Shown here in pieces: positions 27,651 through 39,185 of a stretch of 64,000 bases of DNA (positions are counted from its first letter, which is position 1; each line of letters begins with the position of its first letter). Under the pieces are notes generated by a model. It worked only from the letters and a program-made list of their open reading frames with translations. It was not told the origin of the DNA and searched no databases. The stretch covers positions 152,956,001 through 153,020,000 of the forward strand of contig CM059432.1 in assembly GCA_030390025.1 (NCBI GenBank), written 5' to 3'. The position numbers and the translations under genes were made by a program. The stretch is from Squalus acanthias. Its lineage: Eukaryota.

Positions 27651-27666
27651 CACTCATTCTGTACTG

Positions 27667-28500
27667 TCGTATTGGTAAATATTGGGAAGACCGAAGCCCA
27701 CCATAAACCCCGTTCCCTAGCCACCGACTCCATTGCTCTCACTGGCAACTGTCTGAGGCTGAACCAGACTGTTCGCAAACTTGGTGTCATATTTGACCCC
27801 GAGATGAGCTTCCAACCACATAACTGCGCCATCACTAAGACCGCCTATTTCCACCTCCGTAACACTGCCTGATTCTGCCCCTGCCTCAAGCTCATCTGCT
27901 GCTGAAACCCTCATCCATGCCTTTGTTACCGCTAGACTTGTCTATTCCAACGCACTCCTGGCCGGCCTCACACATTCTACCCTCCATTATCTTGAGGTCA
28001 TCCAAAACTCTGCTGCCCGTGTCCTAACTCGCACTAAGTCCCGTTCACCCATCACCCCCTGTGCTCGCTGATCTACATTGGCTCCCAGTTAAGCAACGCC
28101 TCGATTTCAAAATTCTCATCCTTGTTTTCAAATCCCTCCATGGCCTCGCCCTTCCCTATCTCTGCAATCTCCTCCAGCTCCACAACCCTTTGAGATATCT
28201 GTACTCCTCTAATTCTGGCCTCTTGATCATCCCCGATTTTAATTGCTCAACCATTGGTGGCCGTGCTTTCAGCTGCCAAGGCTGTAAGCTCTGGAATTCC
28301 CTCCCTAAACCTCTCTGCCTCTCTACCCCTCTTTCCTCCTTTAAGACGGTCGTTAAAACCTACCTCTTTGACCAAGCTGCCCTAATATCTCCTTATGTGG
28401 CTCAGTGTCAAACTTTATTTTATAATACTCCTGTGATGCGCCTTGGGATGTTTTACTATGTTAAAGGCGCTATATAAATATAAGTTGTTATTGTTGTTGT
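27667..28500 (+). mobile_element. L2 LINE 3' fragment
   Basis: VRKLGVIFD...LADLHWLPVKQRLDFKILILVFKSLHGLA...GGRAFS...LWNSLP, then GGCGCTATATAAAT and a (TTG)n tail. Confidence 0.9.
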
Positions 28501-28605
28501 AATTGTAGTGTCAGACTAAATTATGTGCAAGTCTCTGACGTGGGACTTGAACCCACACCCTTTTGACTCAGAGGTGAGAGTGCTACCACTGAGCCAAGGC
28601 AGACA
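28501..28605 (-). mobile_element. Deu-domain SINE tRNA head
   Basis: Reverse complement of TGGCTCAGTGGTAGCACTCTC...GGTTCAAGTCCC. Confidence 0.75.
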
Positions 28606-30681
28606 CAATTCCACACCATATTATTACAACAATGAAGACTTAAAACACTATAATGTAATTTACTGACAGGAAACCATACAGAATACGTATATACACCAAT
28701 GCAGATTCAAACCATAGATAGTTAATATGCATAAACATTTAATTAGACAAAGACACATACTCTCCTGTACACACACTGATGCATACTTCAGACTACAAAT
28801 ATCTGAATATTGAATATTGATGAATACAAATTCATATCACAGAGGTACCTTCACTGTATATGCTTCAGCAGACTTAGATATCCAAAGAGGCACTCTATCA
28901 TGTGTTCACATTAACTTCACAGATATATACTAGAAACAGCATATTTTCAAGATATGTCCATATACATGAAGACGCATTCAATTTCATAGAGACATATGTT
29001 ATACACATCAATCGATATTCTGAACCCACAGAGGAATGTACACAAAACATGTGAATCGAATACACCAAAAACACAAAGTCCTACAGGAAAATGTACACAC
29101 ATTCAAACTACTCAACATATACAAAGATTCAAACAGTTTCAAACACATATAGCCACATTTCAATAGAGACAAACTACTGAGGAATGTAGAACTTATAAGC
29201 ACAAACACTAAAAGAAAATACTGGACATAAAGCTCAAAACAACCCTGGGAGATACGTATAAACATTTAACAACATTAACAACTCTCTACAAAGACTTACA
29301 CCCACATTCAAAATGACCCCACACCTACATAAATATGTAAATAAAATCAGCTTATAACACACTCAAACCATAGCGACATGAACAGATATATGTCCACTTC
29401 TAAATCACTTGAGCCATAATGAAAAATACAGAGATCAAAACACATTCAAACCCTTGAAACAGGCCTAAAGATCCAAATACAGTCAAACCCCTAGACAGAG
29501 ATAGCCACATCTAAATACACCCAAGCCCTACACAGAATCGTACAAACATCCGAACATACTAAAACTCTGCAGCAACAAATACAGAGATCAAAGCACAGTC
29601 AAACCTCCAGAGAGACATATACCCACATCTAACTACATGGAAACTCCAGAGGGAGTTCTGCAAACATCTAACACATCTGAGCTTTACAAAGAGTTATAAA
29701 CACATCAAATGTACCCAAACATCATAAAAATACATACCCACACCCTAACCCCAAGGCAGTACGGTGACACGATGCATGGAAACACAATGCATCGTGCCAC
29801 GGAATGGGATGGCGTGGGTTTGCAGCCGCAATCCTTCACACAACAAGTTCCTGGTCTCAGTTTTGTTCCGATGGGCTTCTCCACAGGAAAAAAATGAAAT
29901 AATTAGGGCTGAGCTGAGGCCTAGTCCCTCTGCACAGATAGAATGAAAACTGGGGAATGAGCTGAGATCTGGCACCTCTCCACGGGGAGAAAATGAAAAC
30001 TGGGGGGATGAGTGACCCCCACCACTCTTAAATGCCACCTATTGGCCAGTTACAGAGTGCCATTGACAAAGAATCTGGGACCAAACTTCCTGCAGAAAAT
30101 GGAAGTGTCAGTAGGGGGAACTTCAGGAGGGAAAGACAACTTAAAAACAGTGCTCAGACATATACAAGGCCCAAAGTTATTTTCTGAGAATATACTTAAA
30201 CCGTAAAAAAAATCAGAACACTCTAAACCCTTAGGGAGAGCCATATCTACAGTAAATACACCTAGATCACTGAGAATTGTGTACCAACTTTAAGCATGTT
30301 TGAAGGTTGGAAAGGTCTATGCAGATACCAATACATAGACAAACCCTATAGAAACACCTAATGGATCACTTTCTGAGTTGGTGCTCCCATCGTAGAGCAT
30401 ATCAGGGATTCAGGAATGGACAGCAGCACGTCTGATTTGTGGCTTGAACAATTTTACATGAATCAAAATAATTATTTGGATCGTAAGATGGGTGGGCTGC
30501 TCCTGGTATGACATCCTGCAGGGTGAAGCTCTGTGACAGGAGTGCAAACACACAGAGGGGAGTACCGAAACACACACATATATACACAGAAACACACGCA
30601 CACTTATTCAGAAACACACACACAGATTGATGCACATAGACACACATATGTCCGTAGACTGACATCCTATACAGACACATA

Positions 30682-31072
30682 TCCCTGCAATTTTTCCTCC
30701 TTCAAATATTTATCCAATTCTCTTTTGAACATTACTATTGAACCTGTATCCATCACTCTATCAGGCAGCGCATTCCAAATCCCAACCACTCGTTGCATAA
30801 AAAAGTTTTTTCTCATGTCACTTCTGGTTCTTTTGCCAATCACCTTAAATCTGTGCCCTCTGGTTATTGACCCTTCAGCCATTGGGAACAGTTTCTCTTT
30901 ATTTACTCTATCTAAACCCTTCATGATTTTAAACACCTCTATCAAATCTCCTCTTAGCCTTCTCTGCTCTTAGGAGAACAACCCCAGCTTCTCCAGTCTA
31001 TCCACGTAACTGTAATCCCTCATTCTGGGAACCATTCTAGTAAATCTCTTATGCACCCTCTCCAAATCCTTC
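30682..31072 (-). mobile_element. CR1 3' fragment
   Basis: ORF 30667..30945 TRGHRFKV...FFMQRVVGIWNALP. Confidence 0.85.
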
Positions 31073-33855
31073 GACGAGTAGAATAGTCTCAGCGATAGCA
31101 AGACTGTGCGTGTGTAGTCAATTCAGGTTCTTAATGTTGGACACCATTTGTATGGTTAGACAAGTCCCTTTGCATGGGCTGAGGTAGTGCGAGCCTTCCT
31201 TTCAACCCTGTTGTAATGAAGCCACTTCGGCACACACTCTGTAATTAACATCACCGCTAGCACAGAGGGAGATCTGCTGACTGGGGGAAGAAAAGTGTCA
31301 ATGAATAAACCGGAAGTTGCTGGTAATACATGACAGGGCCATCGGCATTTGGAATGCAACAAGATGGTCTAATGTTTCGACTTGAATCCTTCCATTTAGG
31401 TATCGGGAAATAAACAAGTTCCTTCTATAGCTGTCTTTATGTTGCTTTCTTGCTGGCTCCTGATGTATGCTTCTGCTGCAGCTGGTGGCAACCCTCAAGT
31501 TAACTTGCCAGATACACTTAAGGTCAGCCACTGAGACACTAAGACCCAGTTTAATTTTTTTTTAATGGTATCCCAGCTACCGCCCCATGCGGATCCAGCA
31601 CCTTTACCTTGCAGTTGCTGCCGGCTGCACAAGACTCACATGTCAGGAGCCAGCAACTAAAATAGCAAGAAACCAACATAAAAGCAGCTTCATGGACTGA
31701 ACCACGTGCAGAGGGGAGGGGGAGTTCAACAGGTAAGAGTCAAAGAATAAAAAACAGCGATGCACTGATCCCTCGTGAAGAGAAAAAAATTCAGGTTAAT
31801 GCTTTGGCTGTTGAAGCTTCATCAGAACTCGAAGATGGACAAACCACTTCATAGGATTAAATGCAACCAAACGACAGGGGAAGGAACAGCAGGGCGGACA
31901 TCAAGTCAGCCTGTTGCAGAGGAACATTGACGACCAAAACATTGTTTGTTTGAATGAGGCAATAAAAAGGCAAAAGAACAAGAAGTTGTGAAAATAGTTG
32001 AGTAAGGCATGGGGATAATGCAAACAAAATGGAGGGGAAGCAAACTGGTGAGAAAATAGAGAAAATTACCTCAGACTCTGAGCTTTATATTCATGGCCAT
32101 GTGCTTCTCTGATGGACGGATAGGCCTCGTCTGGACGCTTATGTCCTTTTGAGATACAGCCGGCTATTTGTGAAAGGGTTGGGGAGGAGGAAAGTGGGGT
32201 GCTGCCTTTGTCACTAAAGGATTTATGGCGATGAGGTCGAATGGGTAAAGTCGCTCAGGGCCCTGTCTATTTCTCCATTTCTCTCATGTGCCATCCACCT
32301 CCTCCATTACTGGTGCTGTTAATTCAAGTCGCTGGCTTTCACCACAGTGTTGGGGTTTGGTATCGAAATAAGAGGGAAGTTCTGTTTCCGAAATGGAGGA
32401 CGTGGACCTGGAACTTTAGTCCAGTCTGACCGAGTGTGCACTAAACGAGCCTCTGGTGAGCACTGTGCGAGTTGCTCCTGGTTCATTTCCTGTCGAGCAA
32501 ATGGTTGATGGGGTGGAGCAGACCTTGGGCAGCAAATGGGCACATATGTAAATTTAGGATAAAAACCAAAAATGCAGGAAATTGTCAGCAGGTCAGGCAG
32601 CATCTGTGGAGAGCGAAACTGAGGTAACAGCCGCGATTTTGTCGGTGCTCAGAAGGCGGGTTCGGAGGCAGGTCAGCTGTTAAAGTCGCAATGATTGACG
32701 TTGGATTGGAAACCCGCCGCGAACCCGCCTCCGTGTGAGTTTCAAGAGTGTCGGGTCTGCGATTTCACAACAGACCCAACACCAAGCAGTGGGGGAGGGA
32801 TTTAAGGTATTTAACTCCTTGTTAAGTGCTTGTTAACTGCTATTTTGAGAGCCTTTTCCTATTTTCCAACATTTGCAACGGGTTTCACAACATTCGGATA
32901 TCACGCCAGGTAAGTGTGTCGGGAGGACCAATGAGCTGGAAACTTCACAGCTGCAACTGCAGTCTAAAACTACACTTTCACATCTGCTCAATTTCAAATG
33001 TCAGAGGTTGCTAATTTAACGATTTGGGAGACACATTCTGCCTTGAGGCTGTAAGTGTGTGGTGTTAACTCTATATCCACTGTCACCTGCATTGTTGGAC
33101 ATAAAAGGTGCCCTCACCCTTCACTGTGCTACCTCAAATTGTGAGCACATATATGGCAACAATGTCAAACATTCATACCACGTTAATTTATTCCAACAGA
33201 ATAAAAGAACAGAAACTTAACATTGAATTCTAGCAGAACACTCAAGTGAGTACCCTTGTGATTATTTATGTGTCAGCTTTCTCTTATGTGTGCTTCTACG
33301 TGGTGCTACCCCTGTGGCTTCAGCAGATGTAGAGACAGCCTGCTCACTTCCCTGCTGCACCTGCTTACACACCTTTGGCGGTCGTCCTCTGGATTTTGGA
33401 GCCTGTGAAGGCCCCGCCAAAGTCTGCTCCTCCTGTGGCTCCACAGACATCTGGGGTTCTGACTGAGGGATTGGCAAGGGGATGGAAGTATGAGTGATTG
33501 GAGAGGAGCCCCCACTTGTATGTCGCCTCCCACCATCATCCCTCTCATGGGCCACCCGCACTTCTCTGCTAGCATGTAGCTGGAGAGCACCTTACTGCAT
33601 ATCAGTGGGGCCATGAGGACCCGTCTCTGTACTGACAGTCCTCATAATGGGGACGTCCATGAACCTCTGGTTCCTCTCCACGATAGATGCCCATCTATCC
33701 TCCATAGCTGACCATCTATTTAGAAGAGTCACCATGTTGTTTTGAGTCTGGCGATTTATGTCCCCCATGGAGGGTGCCATCCTTTCCATGGTGGTACCTA
33801 CATTTATTGAGAGGTCACACAACACCAGGTTATAGTCCAACAGTTTTATTTGAAA

Positions 33856-33897
33856 TCACAAGCTTTCGGAGCTATCGATTGCCCCTTCCTCAGGTGA
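33856..33897 (-). ncRNA. Minimal hammerhead ribozyme motif, mirror copy
   Basis: Exact reverse complement of 35064-35105. Confidence 0.8.
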
Positions 33898-35063
33898 AGT
33901 AAATTAGATACAGAATCGCCAAAGCATATATAGATAGAGAACAAAGCATATGTACCTTACAATTGCAGACCACTAAATTAAATCATCCTGACTATCTGCT
34001 GAGGTGTGATAAAGTTAATCAAGTCAGCCAGGAAGGTACCACATCAAAGACATAGCAAGATACAACTGAGACAATGAGGTGTAGTCGCAGGGGTTCTAAC
34101 ATGTCAAAAGCTGCCGTCTGTATGTAAAACGAAAAGCTTTAAAATTTTTACTTTTTTACTGGGAAAAATTTTACTTTTTTACTGGGAATCACATCTGTGA
34201 ACAAGCCAACGACGACTCGAGTCCGGATCACGTCATGTATCGTGACATAAACCCAAGATCCCGGTTGAGACCGTCTTCATGAGTGCGGAACTTGGCTATC
34301 AGTTTCTGCTCGATGATTTTGCGTTGTCGTGTGTTTCTAAGGTTGCCTTGGAGAACGCTTACCCGCAGATCCGAGGCTGAATGTCCTTGACTGCTGAAGT
34401 GTTCCCCGACTGGGAGGTAACAATCCTGCCTGGCGATTGTTGCGCGGTGCTCGTTCATACGTTGTCTCAGTGTCTCAGACCATGCAGACACTGAGACAAC
34501 GTACGAACGAGCACCGCGCAACAATCGCCAGGCAGGATTGTTACCTCCCAGTCGGGGAACACTTCAGCAGTCAAGGACATTCAGCCTCGGATCTGCGGGT
34601 AAGCGTTCTCCAAGGCAACCTTAGAAACACACGACAACGCAAAATCATCGAGCAGAAACTGATAGCCAAGTTCCGCACTCATGAAGACGGTCTCAACCGG
34701 GATCTTGGGTTTATGTCACGATACATGACGTGATCCAGACTCGAGTCGTCGTTGGCTTGTTCACAGATGTGATTCCCAGTAAAAAAGTAAAAATTTTCCC
34801 AGTAAAAAAGTAAAAATTTTAAAGCTTTTCGTTTTACATACAGACGGCAGCTTTTGACACGTTAGAACCCCTGCGACTACACCTCATTGTCTCAGTTGTA
34901 TCTTGCTATGTCTTTGATGTGGTACCTTCCTGGCTGACTTGATTAACTTTATCACACCTCGGCAGATAGTCAGGATGATTTAATTTAGTGGTCTGCAATT
35001 GTAAGGTACACATGCTTTGTTCTCTATCTATATATGCTTTGGCGATTCTGTATCTAATTTACT

Positions 35064-35105
35064 TCACCTGAGGAAGGGGCAATCGATAGCTCCGAAAGCT
35101 TGTGA
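35064..35105 (+). ncRNA. Minimal type I hammerhead ribozyme motif in Penelope pLTR
   Basis: TCAC-CTGAGGA-A-GGGGC-AATCGATA-GCTCC-GAAA-GC-TT-GTGA: stem I TCAC/GTGA, conserved core, stem II, and palindromic AAGCTT in place of stem III. Confidence 0.8.
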
Positions 35106-36743
35106 TTTCAAATAAAACTGTTGGACTATAACCTGGTGTTGTGCGACCTCTCAATTTTGTCCACCCCAGTCCAACACCGGCATCTCCGCATCGGTACCTA
35201 CATTTGCCAGTGTGTGCGCCACGGCATTGCTCATGTTTGAGATGAACTCCTCCATTCTCTGCACACTCGCAGTCACTGTGGTTGCAAACCCAGTCAGAGC
35301 CTCCTGCACTTGTGCCTGAAACTCCAGCACCGCTCTCTTCCTGGATGGCCCCCAAGGCTCAGCGTCTACATGCAGCTGAGCAGAGTGAGGAGCGTCCTGC
35401 GGCCTCTGGCTGCTGTCCCTGTCTCCACCATCTGCTCTTGCTCACTCGTACATTGTGATACACCAGGTGACAACACTACTCTATCTTGCAAACGACCCAC
35501 CGAGGTGTGCGTCTTTGCGCTGGTGCTGGGTGTGCTCATTTCTGCTGACGCTGCTCCCTCAGAGGATGCAGCACCCTCTGAGGAGTCCTCCGGCTCTTCC
35601 TCCTGGACAGTATGGAGGGGGGCTCTTGCTGGTCCTGTGGGAGAGTAAAGACATGAGTTAGACATGTGATATGTAGATTGCAGGCACATCTCATTCAATT
35701 TCTATTGACATCAGATCCCATATGTGTCACTCATGAAAGCCAAATAAGATGGATGGAGAAGCATTCTGTCACCAGGTTGTTCTACTGAGCCCGTCTCTCC
35801 GTCCCCCACTTCGAGCTGTTCCACTGATCCCACAATGTCCAGAGCGGCCTCCTCAGCATTGGTCAGCTGTGATAAGGATGGTGGTCCTCCTGTTCTCTCC
35901 CTCTTATTGTGGCCTCCCTTTTCCTGCAATGGGGAAAAGAAGTGGAGTTTCAGTGAGAGTGATGGAATGAGTGTAAAGAATGGATACAATGGATGTTTAG
36001 AGGGAGACTGTGAAGGAGTGGGTTCCCATTACCAAGTTCCCTCCTTTTGAGTTGTTAGTTATTGTCATTGCATAACCTTGAGGGTGGGTGTGAGGGGTGC
36101 ATAGTAAGATGGGGAAGTGATTCTGTGCATAGGGAGAGAGGGATGGGGGATGGTGCAAGGGATGTTGGGGTGAGTTAGGATGTGCAGGAGTAGGGTTACT
36201 AATGCAAAGTGATGTGATGACAGGCACAGCAGAATTAAGGTAAGTGTGCTTTTATAGTCACTTTTCCAGAGCGCAGGAGATCATTGAACCTTTTCCTGCA
36301 TTGGACCCAGGTGCGTCTGTACACAGACCTGGCACTGACCTCCTCAGCTATTCGCAGCCAGGCTGCCTTTGTCTGCTGAGGAGGTTTCCTTCTTCCATCA
36401 CCTGGGTACAGGACCTCCCGCGTCCTCTGACTCCCTCCACAAGAACATGGAGGGATTCTTCGTTGAAGCAGGGAGCTGCCTTTTGTTTCTCTGCAGACAT
36501 GGTGGAGAGCAGCAGCAGTCAGGAGCATCAGAAACAACCTGAGATCTGATGGTGAAATAGCCCCCTTAAATACACCGGCTTCAAACACATCAGCACATCA
36601 GCTGACCAGACCCGCACGGCGGGCTTAATGAGCCCAATTAACATAAAATGGTGTCAGCAGGCTGGCTGGGGCCGGCTGCGGGACTGGAACCCGCCGACTA
36701 CCCTTCCCGACGCCAACCCGCCTCCAAGCAGAAAATTGCGGCC

Positions 36744-36776
36744 AACGTTTCAGGTCGATGACCTTTCGTCAGAACT
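36744..36776 (-). ncRNA. Minimal hammerhead ribozyme motif of a second Penelope family, broken at its cleavage site by the Harbinger insertion
   Basis: Minus strand reads AGTT-CTGACGA-A-AGGTC-ATC-GACCT-GAAA-CG-TT. The 3' strand of stem I now lies 4.1 kb away at ~32622-32625. Confidence 0.72.
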
Positions 36777-36784
36777 GAAACGTT

Positions 36785-37062
36785 GGGCTGGATTTTGTCT
36801 TGGGGTCGGGTTGGGGTCGTGTAATCCGCATTTCGTGTTTCCCCCCCGACTCCAGATTAATGTGGATGCCTGATGCAATTTTCACTTAATTGGGGCAATT
36901 GAGTTGCAGCATGTGGGAACCCATGAACTAATTAGTGGTTTCAGTCTGAAAGTCGCCTCTGATGATGTCATCATTGCTGGCTGCCTGTTCTCAGAGATTG
37001 TCTGGCTACTGGTGAGAGAGGACCTATCTGCATTGCTTCTGATGTGAGTGGACCTGGATATA

Positions 37063-37093
<31 letters not shown>

Positions 37094-37547
37094 ATGAATT
37101 TTTTTGCATCCAAGTCCTCTCACAGCAAAGGCCAGGCAGTCTCTGAACACATTCAATGCAGCAGCATCAGAGGCGACTTTCAGACCTAATACTACTACTA
37201 CCTTCATCACATCTCCGTTGTAATAGTGGACCTGCAGCTCATAGTCAGCTGTCCACTTGTGCTCCCGCCAGGTTTCACTGGAGTGTTTCACACCAGGCGT
37301 GCTTCACATCAGAAAATGGTTAAACTAGCTAAAACGTTTCAAAATGGCATTACAGAGCCAATTTAGGGCTTGTTAAGGGCTTTAATGGCCTCTCCCGCCT
37401 CTTGGAGGCGGGACGGTGTCAGGAACCCCACGACTGATTTTGTCAAAATTGCGTGGAGGCGGGATGGAGTCGGAAACCCCGACCCCGCAAATTTAACCCC
37501 CCACATGCCTCCAAACCCGACTCCATGGGTCATTCAAAATCCAGCCC
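36785..37547. mobile_element. Harbinger/Tourist-like MITE
   Basis: Perfect 13-bp TIRs GGGCTGGATTTTG / CAAAATCCAGCCC, 3-bp TSD GTT (36782-36784, 37548-37550). Confidence 0.85.
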
Positions 37548-38489
37548 GTTAACTCTGTTTCTCTCTCCACAGATGCTGCCTGACCTGCTGAGTATTTCCA
37601 GCGTTTTCTGTTTTTATTTCAGATTTCCAACATCCGCAGTATTTTGCTAATGTAAATTAAGGACTTGATAAATTCTTCTTTACGTAAGGTGTAATAGAGC
37701 CATTAATAACTAATAACTAATTTTTATACAGAAAAATACAGGGGGTCCGTGATTTTTTTTATAACACGGGGGGAGGGGGGAAGGGGGGGCCTCGAAAGCA
37801 GAAAGGTTGAGAAGCCCTGCACCAGAGGACAAGTGACACATTACACACATCCTGAACAGTGAAACACTCTCACAATCCAGCACACACTCGGTCATTGAAT
37901 GGAAACTGGCACAACGCTGGCATTCATTATTATTTAATCCACTCCTCCCAATCCGAAACATCCAGGCAGCAGCATAAAAACTATTGGGAAACAGAGGCAT
38001 TTTTCTGTGTATCAGACAAACATGTGTACACACATCCCACTTGGTGCCTTTACAAGCAGGTGAGTTCATGAGCAAACAAAACTCACTCTACACAACAGTT
38101 GGACAGACACCTTTAGATTTGACACGGGGCCCATCCCTTCCTATCTGGGGGTTCCAGTTAAACTGTGTCCAGAAAAGTGGCTGATATATTGGGTTGAATT
38201 TTCAGAAATATTCAGCATAGCTGAGATCAGCTGACCCATAAAACACTGGGTTAAAAGCTTCACTTTCCTCCACAAAACAGCTCGGGGCAGAATGAAAGCC
38301 ACCGAGAGTGTACAAGTGTTTCAACTGTACTCAGTAAAATGATGTCTTTTCACTGCAGCCAACCAGGCGGAATACAAGTGAGCGGTTTATGACAATGGGA
38401 CCAGATAGTCTGACAAGCTCCGCGTTAGACGCGCCTTTTGATTGCATTTGGTCTCCATAATATTGCATTCTTTAAAAGATTACAGACAC

Positions 38490-38995
38490 ATAGAGAGGCG
38501 AGAGTGAGAAAGGAGAGGGACACAGAGAGAGTGGGAGATGAGATAGAGAGGAAAGAGAGATAGAGACGGGAGAGAGAGGCAGAGAGACACCGCGAGAGAG
38601 GCAGACAGACAGACAGAGGAGAGAGGCAGAGAGACAGACAGACAGAGGAGAGAGGCAGAGAGACAGACAGACAGAGAGAGGAGAGAGGCAGAGAGACAGA
38701 GGAGAGAGGCAGAGAGACAGACAGACAGAGGAGAGAGGCAGAGAGACAGACAGACAGAGGAGAGAGGAGAGAGACAGACAGACAGAGGAGAGAGGCAGAG
38801 AGACAGACAGACAGAGGAGAGAGGCAGAGAGACAGACAGACAGAGGAGAGAGGAGGAGAGAGACAGACAGACAGACAGAGGAGAGAGGCAGAGAGACAGA
38901 CAGACAGAGAGAGGCGGAGAGAGGAGAGAGACAGACAGACAGAGAGGAGAGAGACAGACAGAGAGACAGACAGACAGACAGAGGAGAGACAGAGA
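38490..38995. repeat. Compound (GA)n/(GACA)n purine-rich repeat
   Basis: Repeats of GAGAGGCAGAGAGACAGACAGACAGAG-like units. Confidence 0.95.
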
Positions 38996-39019
38996 ATGGG
39001 TGCATCCCAGCGTGATTCG

Positions 39020-39185
39020 GAATAAGTCATTGCCACCGAGATCGTTGCGTGAGTGAGCCTGACTCACGGTCCTTTTCAACACGATGACTTAATAACATGG
39101 CTTAGTGTTTAGATGCACGAGTATGTCATACACCACGGAAGCCTGTCAAAACCTGCTCCACAGACCCTGGATTGGAAACGTCAAC
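39020..39185. promoter_or_regulatory. Candidate AP-1/CRE enhancer cluster upstream of the inhba-like gene
   Basis: Perfect TGACTCA at 39060-39066, near-matches TAAGTCA (~39023) and TGACTTA (~39085), and a CGTCA half-site (~39179). Confidence 0.35.

Larger units (their letters stand above)
33806..35192. mobile_element. Penelope-like element: 5'-truncated copy plus inverted duplicate (670-bp arms)
   Basis: GIY-YIG C-terminal half (TMQTLRQRTNEHR...PVGEHF...EQKLIAKFRTHEDGLNRD) on both strands. Arms 33806-34475 and 34486-35155, 37-nt unpaired 3' tail, 13-bp TSD GGTACCTACATTT (33793-33805, 35193-35205). Confidence 0.92.
33262..36500 (-). pseudogene. Harbinger Myb/SANT-like DNA-binding protein gene, 3 exons (36500-36262, 35923-35773, 35634-~33262), disrupted
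   Basis: CCACC-ATG then MSAEKQKAAPCFNEESLHVLVEGVR, a frameshift, then REVLYPGDGRRKPPQQTKAAWLRIAEEVSARSVYRRTWVQCRKRFNDL. GT-AG introns are phase-compatible. Basic C-terminus RRSTHKRK. Exon 3 is interrupted by Penelope. Confidence 0.75.
32629..36743 (-). mobile_element. Non-autonomous Harbinger element retaining the Myb/SANT gene
   Basis: TIRs AGCCGCGATTTT / AAAATTGCGGCC with subterminal GGCGGGTT motifs. 3-bp TSD AAC (32626-32628, 36744-36746). No transposase ORF seen. Confidence 0.8.
32560..37649. mobile_element. Short fold-back Penelope-like (pLTR) remnant, in pieces 32560-32628, 36744-36784 and 37548-37649, hosting two DNA transposons
   Basis: Arms CAGCAGGTCAGGCAGCATCTGTGGAGAG... and its reverse complement. 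Flanked by ATGTAAATTTAGGA (32546-32559) and ATGTAAATTAAGGA (37650-37663). Carries a hammerhead motif. Same family as 48098-48848. Confidence 0.75.

Noticed and set aside
33262..36500. Domesticated MSANTD/NAIF1-like host gene
   Set aside because: It lies inside TIRs with a TSD, has a frameshift in the Myb domain, and carries a Penelope insertion in exon 3.
38425..39082. Ser/Leu-rich ORFs of ~200 aa (also 54667-55014)
   Set aside because: Microsatellite translations.
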